From contig OZ024743.1 in NCBI GenBank assembly GCA_964016885.1, forward strand, positions 245,272,001-245,336,000: a stretch of 64,000 bases of DNA, in the 5' to 3' direction. Under the pieces are notes generated by a model. It did no database searches. It was not told the origin of the DNA and saw only the letters and a program-made list of their open reading frames with translations. The translations under genes were made by a program, and so were the position numbers. Below, piece by piece: positions 1 through 12,667 of the stretch. This stretch comes from Eledone cirrhosa. Its lineage: Eukaryota. How positions within the stretch are numbered: position 1 is the stretch's first letter; every line of letters starts with the position of its first letter.

Positions 1-223
1 CAGAAAAAAGAGTTGTGCGTACAATTCAAAGGGCCAGACTTGTCACACACTGTTCTCCCAGAGAACTATGTTATGGGTGCATGTGTCAATGAAATGCTCA
101 GCCACTTGCATATTCATTTCATGAGCAAGCTGTTCTAAAATGTGTGGTGTATCTGTAGTAGCATTGTTTAATTAGTTATTATAAGGCACAGAACTCTAAA
201 TGTTCTACTTATCACAGCAGTAT

Positions 224-856
224 TTAACCCTTTCATTGCCACATTTCTAATGAATGACAATGTATGATTTTTAAATTATTTTGAAAATATTAATTTTATA
301 ACTTTCACGTGAAGGCTAGAGCATTGGACTTGCAATTGAAAGGTTGTGAGTTCAATTCTCGGACCGGGTGATGTGTTGTTTCCTTGAGCAAGACACTTTA
401 TTTCACGTTGCTCCAGTTTACTCAGCTGAAAATGAGTACCAGTAATAGCTGGAGGTTTAACCCTGCGATGGACTGGCGTCCTTTCCAGGGGGCAGTCTTG
501 TGCTCTCAGTCGCTTCACGCCATGAAGTCGGGATAAGCACTGGCCAAATGAGCCTTCTGGCTTAAGACAGACTTTAGACTTAGGCCTGCCCACCCAACCA
601 GTGGGATGGTGTCAACGTATGTTTAAAACAGCAACGTGCTGTGACCAGCGGCGCCGAATGGCGCCTGACAGACTGGTCAGTCAAGGTGAGATGATAACTT
701 TCACATTATTAAATTGGTTTTGGGAAAATAATTTCACAAAGGTTCTTACATAAAATTAAAATGGAAAGTATTCAGATAAATATAAACACTTTAAAATACA
801 TTTTTGTATCATAAGACCACTAGTAGTTTCAAGCAGTTTTTTATCAAAAGGGTTAA
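224..856. mobile_element. piggyBac-type MITE family B with a nested SINE (related copies near 3277-3472, 16609-16836, 20090-20350, 32730-32955, 43327-43552)
   Basis: TTAA|CCCTTTCATTGCC ... CAAAAGGG|TTAA termini, with a shared internal sequence between copies. Confidence 0.7.
309..693 (+). mobile_element. tRNA-derived CORE-like SINE nested in a MITE
   Basis: B box GTTCAATTC and the central motif ccttgagcaagacactttatttcac. 11-bp TSD ATAACTTTCAC at 298-308 and 694-704. Confidence 0.8.
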
Positions 857-2199
857 CATTCCATAAACTTTCTGTGGTTATTGACTGGTTAGTTGGCTGG
901 TAGGCTATTGTGTAATAACTGTCTGTTGTCTGTCCATTGGTTACTAGTGAGTAGGGAGAGTGACAGCTGGCTCTTTTGTATACTGTCTAGATAGGTGCTG
1001 ATTTAACATGTGTGGTGACTTGGTAGCCTGCACTATGCTTTTACTTATGTTTTTTATGTGCTCATGAAGTCATGAGCAGACATAGACAAATACTGACTTG
1101 GCCCTCCCACCTTTGATCCAGCAGAATATCCAGGGTATGAAAACTACAAGAAAAGAAGTCTGTAACAGCTCTGACCTGGTGTAATGTTTATCAACCACCA
1201 GAAAGATAAAAGCCAAAGAAGGCTTTGACGGGATCTGAACACAGGACAAAGCTGGGACAAATATTGTAACACATTCTATTTATCACCGAAATGACTGCAA
1301 ATTAACTGCCATAACTATGTATAGCAGAATTTAAACAAGCCTGCTAAATTGGACTATAAAAGGTTATTTTTGCCAATCTGTTTTGGCAAAGATTGATTTT
1401 TATAGTTTGACTATTTTAGTTGATTTGATAGTAGAACTGGCATATATTTTCTGTTTTCTAGGGTTCTTATTTAAATTTAAATCTTTCAACATAATTTGAC
1501 ATATGAACCTTTTGTTAACCCGTTAGCATTTACATTACTCTATATATACTATTGTATTGTCACGGTAAAGGCTTTACCTCACGTATTATCGAATCTATGA
1601 GATTTTGATATTATTTATTTTGAGAACAATAACTTAACATCAGTATGAATGGCCAGTTACAGCTGGTTTGAACAGAAAGAGATGAGAGAATTCTGGCCAG
1701 ATACAGCCGGTTTAAATACCATATTATTAATGAAATGATTATTTTAGTAAACCCTTCCAAATTCTTCAATAATTTCATTATAAATATGGGAATGAAAGGG
1801 TTAACATTCCTTTTCATTTCAATTATTTAGTGTCTTGAAAGAATGGAGACAATGTAGAGCAGAAACCTGCAAGGACTCTTTAGTCTAACAGAACAAATCA
1901 ACCTCTCTTGTCTTGTTAAAATACAATGGTTTGCAAATGAACAAAGATTCAGGGTAGAGAGAATTCTTTAGTCTTGTTGAGGATCTCTCTAGTACTGGTG
2001 TAATGATAAAAAGCATCCAACCATAGAAATTATGTCAAAACATACAAGCAAGACATAACAGCCCCCCCCCCCCCCCCCCTTCTCTGAGTGCAGTATCTCT
2101 AATTAACAATTAACTTTGACCGTGATGACCCATTCAATTCACGCTAGCATGAAAGTGAACAGATAATGGATGATTGTTGTGATTTTACACCCTAGATGC

Positions 2200-3035
2200 G
2201 CACAAGTGTACCACCATGCATTTTGGAAGGAAAAATCCAGCGTCCACATACTCCCTCCACAACACTGACATCAAAAAGTCCTCTTGTGAACGTGACCTGG
2301 GCATTACTGTCAGCAACGATTTGCGTTGGACAAAGCATGTCTCTAAGATTGTCAAGAAGGCCGAGGGTGTCTTGGCATCACTCAGCAAGACCTTTGTTAG
2401 CCGCTCTCCAGCCATCTATTTAAAACTGTATACAGCTATGGTGCGACCATACTTGGAATTCGCATCATCAGTCTGGAACCCCTATCTTGCTCGGAACATT
2501 GACCTCCTGGAAACTGTTCAGAGACGTGCAACCAAGCGCATACCCTCCATCAGACACCTACCATACTCTGAACGCCTTGCTTCCCTGGGCATGGATTCAT
2601 TGAAGCTCCGACGTCTGGCAATGGACTTGGTGAATACCCACAAAGTTTTTAACCATCTCGCCAACTGCAACCCTGAGCGCCTCTTTGATCTCCATGTGTC
2701 TAACACACGTGGACATGCCTACAAGATAAGAAAACAGCACAGCTCCCATGACTTTCGCTGACATTTTTTCACGCTCAGAGTTGCTGAAGCATGGAACAAA
2801 CTACCTGCGTCAATTGTTAGCTGCCGAGACACTGCATCCTTTAAGACACTCATGCTTCCCGAAATACGCCAAAACTACACCTGATGTGCCCCTTCCATAC
2901 ACATGCACACATGTGTGCACTGTTCATTTTACTGATGTTTGTGCATTGCCCTATGTACTGTACATGCACTTTTTTGATGGGTTGTGGTGCACCTGGGCAC
3001 TGTGCACAATATTTCATTATTGTTATTGTTATTAT
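2200..3035 (+). mobile_element. 5'-truncated CR1-clade LINE
   Basis: ORF 2216-2761 (ERDLGI, RPYLEFASSVWNPY, VQRRATK, TRGH), followed by the 3' UTR hairpin and an (ATT)n tail. Confidence 0.9.
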
Positions 3036-3037
3036 TT

Positions 3038-3167
3038 CATGACTCGTACACTGTTTATTTTCCTGACATTTGTACATTATTCTATGTACTATACATGCAC
3101 CTTTGATGAGTTGTAGTGCACCTGAGCACTGTACACAATAATTTCATTATTATTATTATTATTATTA
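3038..3167 (+). mobile_element. Short CR1 3'-end copy in tandem with the preceding element
   Basis: gatgagttgtagtgcacctgagcactgtacacaataatttc followed by (att)n. Confidence 0.85.
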
Positions 3168-4966
3168 TCTTATGTTGATTCAAGAAAAGAATTACTGCCA
3201 TATTTGTAATTTCTGAATATCTTCAAACTATAACAAATTCTACAGTTTATGTTCTTAATAACTCCATTTGTATGTTACCCTTTTAATACTATGGAAACAA
3301 AACCACCCATTTAAAGGGTTACTATTTAAACTAAAAACTTTTCAACATGTATTTAACCTTTCGTTATGTTAAAATTACCATCATTATGAAATAATAATTT
3401 TAGTAAATCCTTCCAAGTTCTTCATTAATTCCTTTAAATACTGTATTTCATTAGAAATGTGGTAATGGTTAAAATGTCTTTACACTATATGAATATTCAT
3501 CAAATATATAAATTTTAAAAGATATAGTATGTTCACATTTTGTTTGAAAGAAAGCATTGCTAAAACTGAGATTGCTTTTTTGTTTTATAAATCTCTGACT
3601 CCTTGCCAATATAAAGTGGTGGGGGTCATAATTTAAATTTATAATTTTCAAATATTGCTGCATTTCACACTGTCATAGGATTTCATAAAAACCAAGCCTA
3701 TGTTCAGCTAGTACTTCATAGCTACCTTATGTTTATATAATTATAACCTTTAAGTTCTTTTTGTAAATTTAAATAGTAACACAAACCAAAAATTATGGAC
3801 AATAAAGGCACCTATATATATATATAGGGAGAGAGAAAGAGAGATGAACTGGCTAATGTTGCATAACTAGCTCTTGTTTCTTGTCTATATTTCACTCTAG
3901 TTATATTAGTGTGTGAGAAAGAGAGAGTAAAAAAAACACTAATGACAGGAATATCAAAATACATTGTTGTCCAGACTTCTGGTCTATTGTGTTGTCAGTA
4001 GATAACATAACCTTTGTGCTGAGACAAATTGAATAGCTACAATAATTTATTTCTCAATTAGTTTGCTTAATCCTTTTGTCACAATATTTCTAATGAAAAA
4101 CACTTCCTATAATTATCAAATAATTTTTAAAGAAACCAGGAATTTTGGAGTGTTTTAGTAATTAAAATTGCAACACCGTGAAGACAAATATTAGTGATAC
4201 ACTCTAGTTAAATATCTTTGTGTAGAAAATGGTTATTCTCATCTTGAATGCCTATTACTATAGCAACTATTTTTAACTTGTTACTAAATACATGTTGGCA
4301 TAATTGATAGCTCATGTACCTTTATAGACCTTAGTTCTGGAGAATCTCGTTATTCTTATCTATATATATCATACAATTGTAGTGGAACCCAGGTTATGTT
4401 TGTTTCGTTAATATTAGTATTTTTATCTTAAATAAACCAGATATTTTTATATTGTGTCCATACTCATTAGTGCTTGTGTTATCTGATTTAGTCAATAAGT
4501 TTGCTTTCTTTGTACATCTTGATTTTCATTTTCTTTTTCTGTCTCTTTTGTTGTTTTTTTTCCCCCCATTATTTCACACCTGATTTCCATGCTGCCATGG
4601 GTTGGATGGGTTGTTGCAAGCCAAGTTAGTTCTTATTTTGAGTTATTGCCCTCTTAAAGAGGTTCTAGGATCATTCCTCACTCATACATTTGAAATCTTT
4701 CTACAGCTCGATGCCCTCAACACCAACCACTTTACAGAATATACTGGGTACATTTTATTATTGCACCAGCACTAGAGATTGTTATGTCCCTCCTTACATT
4801 GTCTTCAATTGCCAACCACTTTAGAGTGTACAGGGTGCATGGCAAAAGAGTTATCTCTATTCTAATTTTCCATGTGTGTATTCATTTGACAGTTAAACTA
4901 TTTTGAATTGATATAAATTGTGTGCAAGTTTTGTTTAATTCTTAATATTTTTGTTTCTCTTTTCAG

Positions 4967-5160
4967 TGATTAGGTTTTTCCAAGAGTACAGTGAACCAGA
5001 AGAAGGTGGAGAAACAATTAGCCAGCCACCTTCACGTCGGGACTTCAACCCTCTCCATCCTCTCCCAACTGGTCCCTCCGAAGAAAACGTTTTGCTTCCT
5101 CTGCCAGAGAACACACTCAACTGTAATTTAGGGATACCTATTGTAGTACTTGTAACAAAG
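4967..5160 (+). CDS. DYNC1LI: Cytoplasmic dynein 1 light intermediate chain, internal exon (first visible; 5' exons lie upstream of the window)
   Basis: tttcag acceptor and AAG|gtatgt donor. Encodes IRFFQEYSEPEEG...LLPLPENTLNCNLGIPIVVLVTK, matching the LIC G-domain motif (vertebrate LIRDFQEY...LTHNLGIPVLVVCTK). Confidence 0.95.
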
Positions 5161-5806
5161 GTATGTACTCTGTAAGTCTACTATAAGGACCAGGCATGCC
5201 ATGGGCACACCCCTTTCCTCCAGAACAGACTAATAATAATAAACATAATACAATCAGCTATTTAATTTATCAAAACATGTCTGAATCTTTAATGTGATTG
5301 TAGTTGACACTATGAAATAGCTCTCCTTATTGGTGCAGACATTTTCTTTAAAACTATTTGTTGTCAAGTTTGATTCAACTGCTTGACACCTTGATGTCTT
5401 CTGTAAACTCATGTCAGCCAATGCTGTGTGTGTGAATTTGTGGAAAGGGACTGTGACAAACTGTCAATGTTCTCTTTGAGTATTCACAGTTGGTCAGTTT
5501 TTTCATCTACTAAATTCATTCACAAGAATAAATTTAGTAGACAGAAATTGTGAATGCTTTGATCAGGATTGACCTGGGGCTACACATCCTTAGCTTGCAA
5601 GTTTTTCAAATGTTTTAGTAGTCATATTCTACAATTTTCTCATTGCTCCAGAAGTATCTTCAAAATACTAATGTATATATCACTCCTCTATTTTATTTAT
5701 AATTACAATGTGGCATGCCTTCTGAATTGAGGTTTTTGTAGGTCCAGTAAATAAGTTGCATGCTGGCATTTCACATTGGATTTTTGTAGAAAAAGATGCA
5801 ACTTAT

Positions 5807-7562
5807 AATAATATAATAATGATGATAATGAAATTGTGTACAGTGCTCAGGTGCACTACAACTCGTCAAAGGTGCATGTATAGTACATACAATAATATAC
5901 AAATGTCAGGGAAGTGAATAGTGTATGAGTCATGATATACATGTGTGTATGTGTATGAAGGGGGAACATTAGGTGTAGTGTTGGCAAATCTGAAGAAGCA
6001 TGGAGGTTTTAAAGGATGCAGTGTCTCGACAGCTAACAACTGATGCAGGTAGTTTGTTCCATGCTTCAGAAACTCTGAGCGTGAAAAAATGTTTCCGAAA
6101 GTCATGGGAGCTGTGCTGTTTTCTGACTTTGTGGACATGTCCATGTGTGTTAGACACATGGAAATCAAAAAAGTACTCAGGCTTGTTGTTGGCAAGATGG
6201 TTAATAATTTTGTGAGTGTTTACCAAGTCAGTTGCCAAACGTTGGAGCTTCAATGTATCCATGCCCAGGGAAGCAAGGCGTTCTGAGTATGGTAGTTTCT
6301 GAACAGTTTCCAGGCGGTCAATGTTCTGAGCAAGATAGTTCTAAGTGTGGCCGCACCATAGCTATATACAGCTTTAAATAGATAGCTGGAGAGCGGCTGA
6401 CAAAGGTCTTGCTGAGCGATGCTAAGATACCCTCGGCCTTCTTGACAATTTTAGAGACGTGCTTCGTCCAATGCAAATCACTGCTGACCGTAATGCCCAG
6501 GCCACGCTCACAAGAAGACTTCTTGATATTAGTGTTGTGGAGTGAGTATGTGGACGCTGGGTTTTTCCTCCCAAAATACATGGTGGTACACTTGTCCACA
6601 GCTAGCTTGAGTTGCCAGTCTGTGATCCATTGTTGCATTGTATCCAGGTCAAATTGCAGGCAAGATCTATAATGTTCAGGATCTGTCCTTTTTATCTCAA
6701 GGTACAGCTTGATGTCATCTGCATATTTCAGTACTGTGGCATTCTTTAAGTTGGCATCTATGTCATTAATATATGCCACAAACAAAAGGGGCCCAAGAAC
6801 AGGTCCCTGTGGTACACCAGATGACATCTCATATGGTGAGGAATGCTGTCCTAGAACCGTGACTACTTCTCTTCGACTGAGAGACTTCAACCAGTTAAAA
6901 AAATCATCCTTCACACCCATTGCAGAGCGTTTTGCCATAAGTCTTTTGTGTGGCACAGAATTGAAAGCTTTAACAAAGTCAAGGTAAACAACATCCACCC
7001 ATGAGCTGCCATCAGTGATCTGGGTGATGTCTTCAAGAAACTCGATAAGTTGATCACAGCAGCTAGAGTTAGGGATAAGACTGTGAGAGTTCCAGAAGTT
7101 CAAAAGCGTTTCTCTAACACAGGATTCCATCAGTTTGGCAATGCAGCTAGTAAGACTGACTGGACAATAGTTCTCAGGTGATGTGCGGTCACCCTTTTTG
7201 AACAGAGGAATGACACTGGCATTTTTCCACTGTTTTGGAGTAGCACCGTTGTTCAGACAGAATTGGAAGAAGCGTAATAGCTGGTGCAGAAGGAAGTACC
7301 CACCACATTTGAGAAGCAGGTACGTAACACCATCAAGACCAGGAGAGGCATGGTTGCGTTTATTGTTAAGGTGACGTCACAGTATTGCAGGTGTAAATTC
7401 CATAGTTGTAATAGAATCCGGTGTCATAGGTGGTGGAGACGGTCTTCAACAGTGAAAACGCCTGCATAGCATTCTGCAATGAGTTCTGCACATTCCTTGG
7501 GGTCGTCAGTAACCTGGCTTGTGTGGGGATTGCGAAGAGGACCAACTGGAGAGTGAGGCCTC
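5807..7562 (-). mobile_element. 5'-truncated CR1-clade LINE with small internal deletions
   Basis: RT ORF 6318-7130 (YLDFVKAFNSVPH, GVPQGPVLGPLLF, YADDIKLY) and an (ATT)n tail at the left end. Confidence 0.92.
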
Positions 7563-7854
7563 TGCTTTGAGTGAACATACATCCAGAACACCTTACTGTC
7601 AGGGCTGGTTGCTATGCACTGCCTTTTTTGTCACCTGTTTGAGATTGTTGGATGATTTATTTCGCTTCTTCCTATTGATATCTGATTTATGCAGTTTGTA
7701 CTCACGTTCAGCATTATATACAAGTATACACAATAGATATGCACACATGCATATATATATATATTTTTATTATAAGAACAGATTAAAATTTAAGAATTAC
7801 TGCTTTCACCCATTTATATATAATCCTTACCGAGACCACTTCAGATTTTAGTCT

Positions 7855-7978
7855 TCACATTTATTATTACTATATATATGACATTTGTGTATTATTCTAT
7901 GTACTATACATACACCTTTGACGAGTTGTAGTGCACCTGAGCACTTTAAACAATAATTTCATTATTATTATTATTATT
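7855..7978 (+). mobile_element. Short CR1 3'-end fragment
   Basis: gacgagttgtagtgcacctgagcact...caataatttc followed by (att)n. Confidence 0.8.
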
Positions 7979-8459
7979 CTAAAACCTACTCTTCTCATAT
8001 ACAAATATTTTAAATATATTTGTTACTTCAAACTCTTAACAATATTTTAAATATATGTTATTATTTCAAACTCTTAATTCCCGCTCCTTAATACCTCTCC
8101 CCTTCCACCACACTCTACAACATGCGGTCAAATCACCACCACCACCACCCCCCTCTCTCTCTCTCTACCCAACCCATATACATATATGACAAAGTAATTC
8201 ACTTTCGCCAAACTTGTGGCTGAACTTCATTCATTCATGGTTATAATGTAATGTACTCATTTTTCTACCTCTTCTAACATCCGCCTAATTCCATAGTCCT
8301 TCCAACAGCATTTTTAGTCCTTCCAATAGCATTTTTTCTATCCTCTTTCCATTCCCCATGTATTTTCCAAAAGAAATCTCTTGTATTTCTGTCATGCTTG
8401 TAAAAATACGGAAGTTTTTGGCGTATTTTACTAAACAAATCTTGTATTTTTGTTCGTTA

Positions 8460-11400
8460 ATACGGGGTTCTCACTTAAACCTATCCTTCTCGCTAACAAC
8501 TCAACACCCCTCCCTCCCGCCCCCACACACCACCATTATTATTACGTGGACCAATCATAAGCCAGAGGCCTATACTATCGCTTACCTGGTCGCCTTCGAT
8601 ATGTAGGATGGAAGGACTACGGAGTTCCGGAGAGTTGAAGAGAGAAAAATCTGGACGCTCAGCGACAATGCCAAAGTTAAAGACAATCACACCTCGTGGA
8701 CGAGAATGCGAGCATGCCTCTTTGTTTCGGCCGCGGATGGCTAACATAACCCCATCACCCCCCGCTCCCCACCTTTCCAACCCCCCAAACGCAATCCAAA
8801 ACTTCAGATTTGGTACCTTGAATGTAGGCACCTTAAAGGGTCGCTCTAACGAGGTTGTAGAAATGCTTGAACGTAAGGAGGTCGATGTTTGTTGTATTCA
8901 AGAGACCAGGTGGAGGGGTGGATCTGCTAGATACATTGTGGGTAGAAAACGATGCTATAAGCTTTTCTGGGTGGGAAACGACAATGGGCTGGGTGGAGTA
9001 GGAATCATGGTAGCAGAAAAGTGGGCAGATAAGATAATAGACGTAAATAGAGTGAACGACAGAATAATTAAAATACGACTTGTCCTCAATAGAACTACGG
9101 TGACAGTAATATCTGCGTACGCACCCCAATCCGGACTGCCCAGCACTATAAAAGACAGATTCTATGAGACACTGATGCTCACTACCTCCCAAATAACCGA
9201 CAGTGACTATATAATTATTGCAGGCGACCTAAACGGTCACGTTGGACAACATTGTGACGGCTACGACGAAATCCATGGAGGCTATGGGTTTGGTACTAGA
9301 AATGAGGAAGGCTCCAGAATCCTGGAATTCTGCAACGCAAATAACCTAACTATCTGCAACACTAACTTCAAAAAACGAGACAATCACTTGATCACCTACA
9401 GATCAGGGGAACATACTAGCCAGGTAGATTATATCCTTACCAGAAGACGTGACAAAGTGACTGTCGTAAACACTAAATCCCTCCCCCATGAAGAATGCAC
9501 TTCCCAACATACTGATAATTAGCGACCTAATAGTCAGGACGAGACGTACTAGACAACAGAAGAGGACTATCCTCAGGAGAAAAATATGGAAGCTAAAGGA
9601 CCCCACAGCCAAAAATAAATTCCAAAGCATATTACTTGATGCTTTCGACAGTGAGGAAGAGCAATTAGAGACGTACAAGGTAGAGGAACAGTGGGAATTC
9701 CTGAAAGCAAACCTGCTGACGGCGGCAGACGAAGTCTGTGGCTGGAGCAGGCCTGTAGGCAGAAGGAGAGTAACATGGTGGTGGAACAGTAAGGTGGAGG
9801 GGTCAATTAAGGCCAAAAAGCAGGCTTGGAAAGTATGGCGGGATGGGGGAAGCAGAGAAGACTATCAAGTGGCCAGGAAGGAAGCTAGGAGACAAGTGTA
9901 CTTCGCAAGAAGGGAAGCAGAGGAAAGAAAGTTCAAGCATGTTCTACAACGTGAGGACCAAAAACGTGAGGTGTTCAGGATTGCTAGGCAATGTGTCAAG
10001 GAAAACAGTGATATTGTCGGGGAGAAGTGTGTACTTAACGATGACGTCGTACTTGCCATCACCGACGCCGATAAGAAGGTAGCTTGGAAGTGTCACTATG
10101 AAAGGCTACTAAATGAGGAGAATAAATGGGAGAAAGACAGTCTCCCCCACATCGACCCAATAGAGGGACCAGCAGTGTTAGTCGAGGGTAGTATAATAAG
10201 TAAGGCAATCAAAGATATGAAGACAGGCAAGGCGGCTGGGCCTTCGGAAATAGTTGCCGAGATGCTGAAGGCATCTGGTACGGTGGGACACACCATGGTC
10301 ACCCGGATAGTCAACCAAGTCATACAGAATGGGGTTGTTCCGAAGGACTGGCGTAGCAGCATTATTGTTAACTGTTATAAGGGTAAAGGAGATGCCCTAG
10401 ATAGTAGTAACTATAGAGGCATTAAATTAATCGACCAGGTCATGAATGTCACGGAAAAAGTAATAGCGCAACTAATCAGAGAGCGAATTGATCTAGATGA
10501 AATGCAGTTCGGGTTTGTGTCAGGAAAAAGTACCACAGACGCTCTTTTCATTGTACGACAACTACAGGAGAAGTACCTAGCTAAAAGTAAACCCCTATAC
10601 TTAGCTTTCGTCGACTTGGAGAAGGCCTTCGACAGAGTCCCCCGTTCCATTATCTGGTGGGCTCTTAGAAAACTAGGTGTTGATGAATGGCTTGTGAGAG
10701 CTATACAAGCCATGTATAAAGAAACAGTCAGCAAGGTTAGAATTAACAACGAATATAGTGAAGAGTTTAGTGTAAAAGTTGGTGTTCATCAGGGCTCTGT
10801 TCTTAGCCCCCTACTATTTATTATTGCCCTCCAGGCTATAACAGTGGAGTTCAAGACCGGCTGCCCATGGGAACTCCTATACGCAGATGATCTAACGCTC
10901 ATAGCTGAATCAATGGCCGAGCTAGAGAAGAAATTCCAAACATGGAAGCACGGCCTAGAATCAAAAGGCCTTAAAATTAACCTGGCTAAGACTAAAGTTC
11001 TAGTTTGTAAGAAAGAAAATAAGGCGGTGGTCCCCTCCGGGAAGTGGCCATGCGCAGAGTGTAGGAAAGGCGTAGGTAGAAATTCCATTTTGTGTCCCAA
11101 ATGCAAAGTTTGGGTGCATAAAAGATGTAGTGGGATCACAGGTAAGCTAACTAAGAACATAGATTTTACATGTGGCCGGTGTTCTGGGGCAATAAGTAGC
11201 AGCAAGTGCCCACAAAATACTAGATCTTTCAACTGCGCAGAGGGTTCTATAGAAATAGTGGACAGCTTCCGTTACCTGGGTGACAAAATCAGCAGTGGGG
11301 GAGGGTGCTCTGAAAGTACAGTAGCTAGAGTCAGAATTGGGTGGAAAAAGTTCAGAGAGCTTATACCACTATTAGCCGCTAAAGGGTTCTCCCTAAAAAT

Positions 11401-12215
11401 GAAAGGCAGGCTGTACGATGCCTGCATACGAACAGCAATGTTGCATGGCAGTGAGACCTGGGCATTGTGTGCAGAGGATATACGCAGACTAGAGAGAAAC
11501 GAAGCTTGCATGCACCGCTGGATGTGTAATAGTAATATACGTGAACGACAAAGCATAAACGAACTAAGGAAAAAATTAGAAATAAGAGGGATCAGATGTT
11601 GTTTACTAGAGAGAAGGCTACGTTGGTATGGTCACGTGATGCGCATGAAGGACGATAGCTGTATAACAAAGTGCAGGGCAATAAAGATAGACGGTAGCCA
11701 CGGAGTAGGCAGACCCAGAAAAACCTGGGACGAGCTGATAAACTCCGACCTCACACACTTACACCTCACCAAGACAATGTCACTGGACCGAGACCTTTGG
11801 CGGTACTCAGTAATAGAGAAGACCCGCCTTACCTAAATACAAAGTAAAACCTACTACAGTCAGTAGGCATCTCTAACAAAATACACCCCCGTCCCACACC
11901 CTCACCCCATCCACACCGCCCCTTCTATGTAAAGTTATGTTGGTGCCGCGCCATCCAGGCCGAAACAAATGAGATCGTGTAGGTGTCACGACAAAAAAAA
12001 CACACAGTCCACGCTGTAATGTGGCCGTGTAGGCAACACGGTAAAAACCTCCCAGACCCACACTGTAAATGTGGTTGGTGTTAGGAAGGGCATCCAACTG
12101 TAGAAAACCTGCCAGACAGTCCTATGCGAGCAAGACAATCACTCTTGCCTCAAGTGGGAAAACCCCCGTCCAAACCCATGCAAGCGTGGAACACGGACGT
12201 TAAACGTTGATGATG
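8460..12215 (+). mobile_element. Near full-length RTE-clade non-LTR retrotransposon in a Dlic intron (5' end approximate)
   Basis: APE endonuclease ORF 8608-9522 (TLNVGTL, CIQETRW, SAYAPQ, AGDLNGHVG, SQVDYIL). RT ORF 9488-11836 (NYRGI, QFGF, DLEKAFD, GVHQGSVLSPLLF, YADD, RLRWYGHV, GRPRKTW). One frameshift near 9511; (TGA)n tail. Confidence 0.95.
8608..11836 (+). pseudogene. RTE endonuclease-reverse transcriptase ORF, split by a single frameshift
   Basis: Two overlapping ORFs join at ECTSQH/LIISDL into a continuous APE-RT protein of about 1075 aa. Confidence 0.9.
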
Positions 12216-12623
12216 AAATTGAAACCTCACCCTCTTTTCCACATCAGATTAGTTTTAAATGTGTCAGTGTTTGTATATGTCTGAGGACACTGATCTAAAA
12301 AGTCAACTCATGTTAATTCAGAGTGGTTATGAACTTGATCATTGTAGAAATGATCATTATGTCATGAACATTTCACACTGATTTTAATATACTCTACAAT
12401 TATACCTGATAGTGGCTTGCTCCCCGGTCCTACTATACTAAAAGAACATTAGGGAATCGACATATGGGTGGATGCTGTTTTGTCAACAATTGCATTGAAT
12501 GCTGAATGTGCTTTATGCCAGGATTAACTACAATTTAATAAAAAACGAAACTTTATATATAACTGCAATTACAGTCAGTTGCTATAAAAATCAAGTAAAG
12601 ACCCTTAGGGACGGAAAAATGTC

Positions 12624-12667
<44 letters not shown>

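Noticed and set aside
8833-11556. Multiple antisense ORFs over the RTE and CR1 elements
   Set aside because: Shadow frames of the LINE coding sequence.
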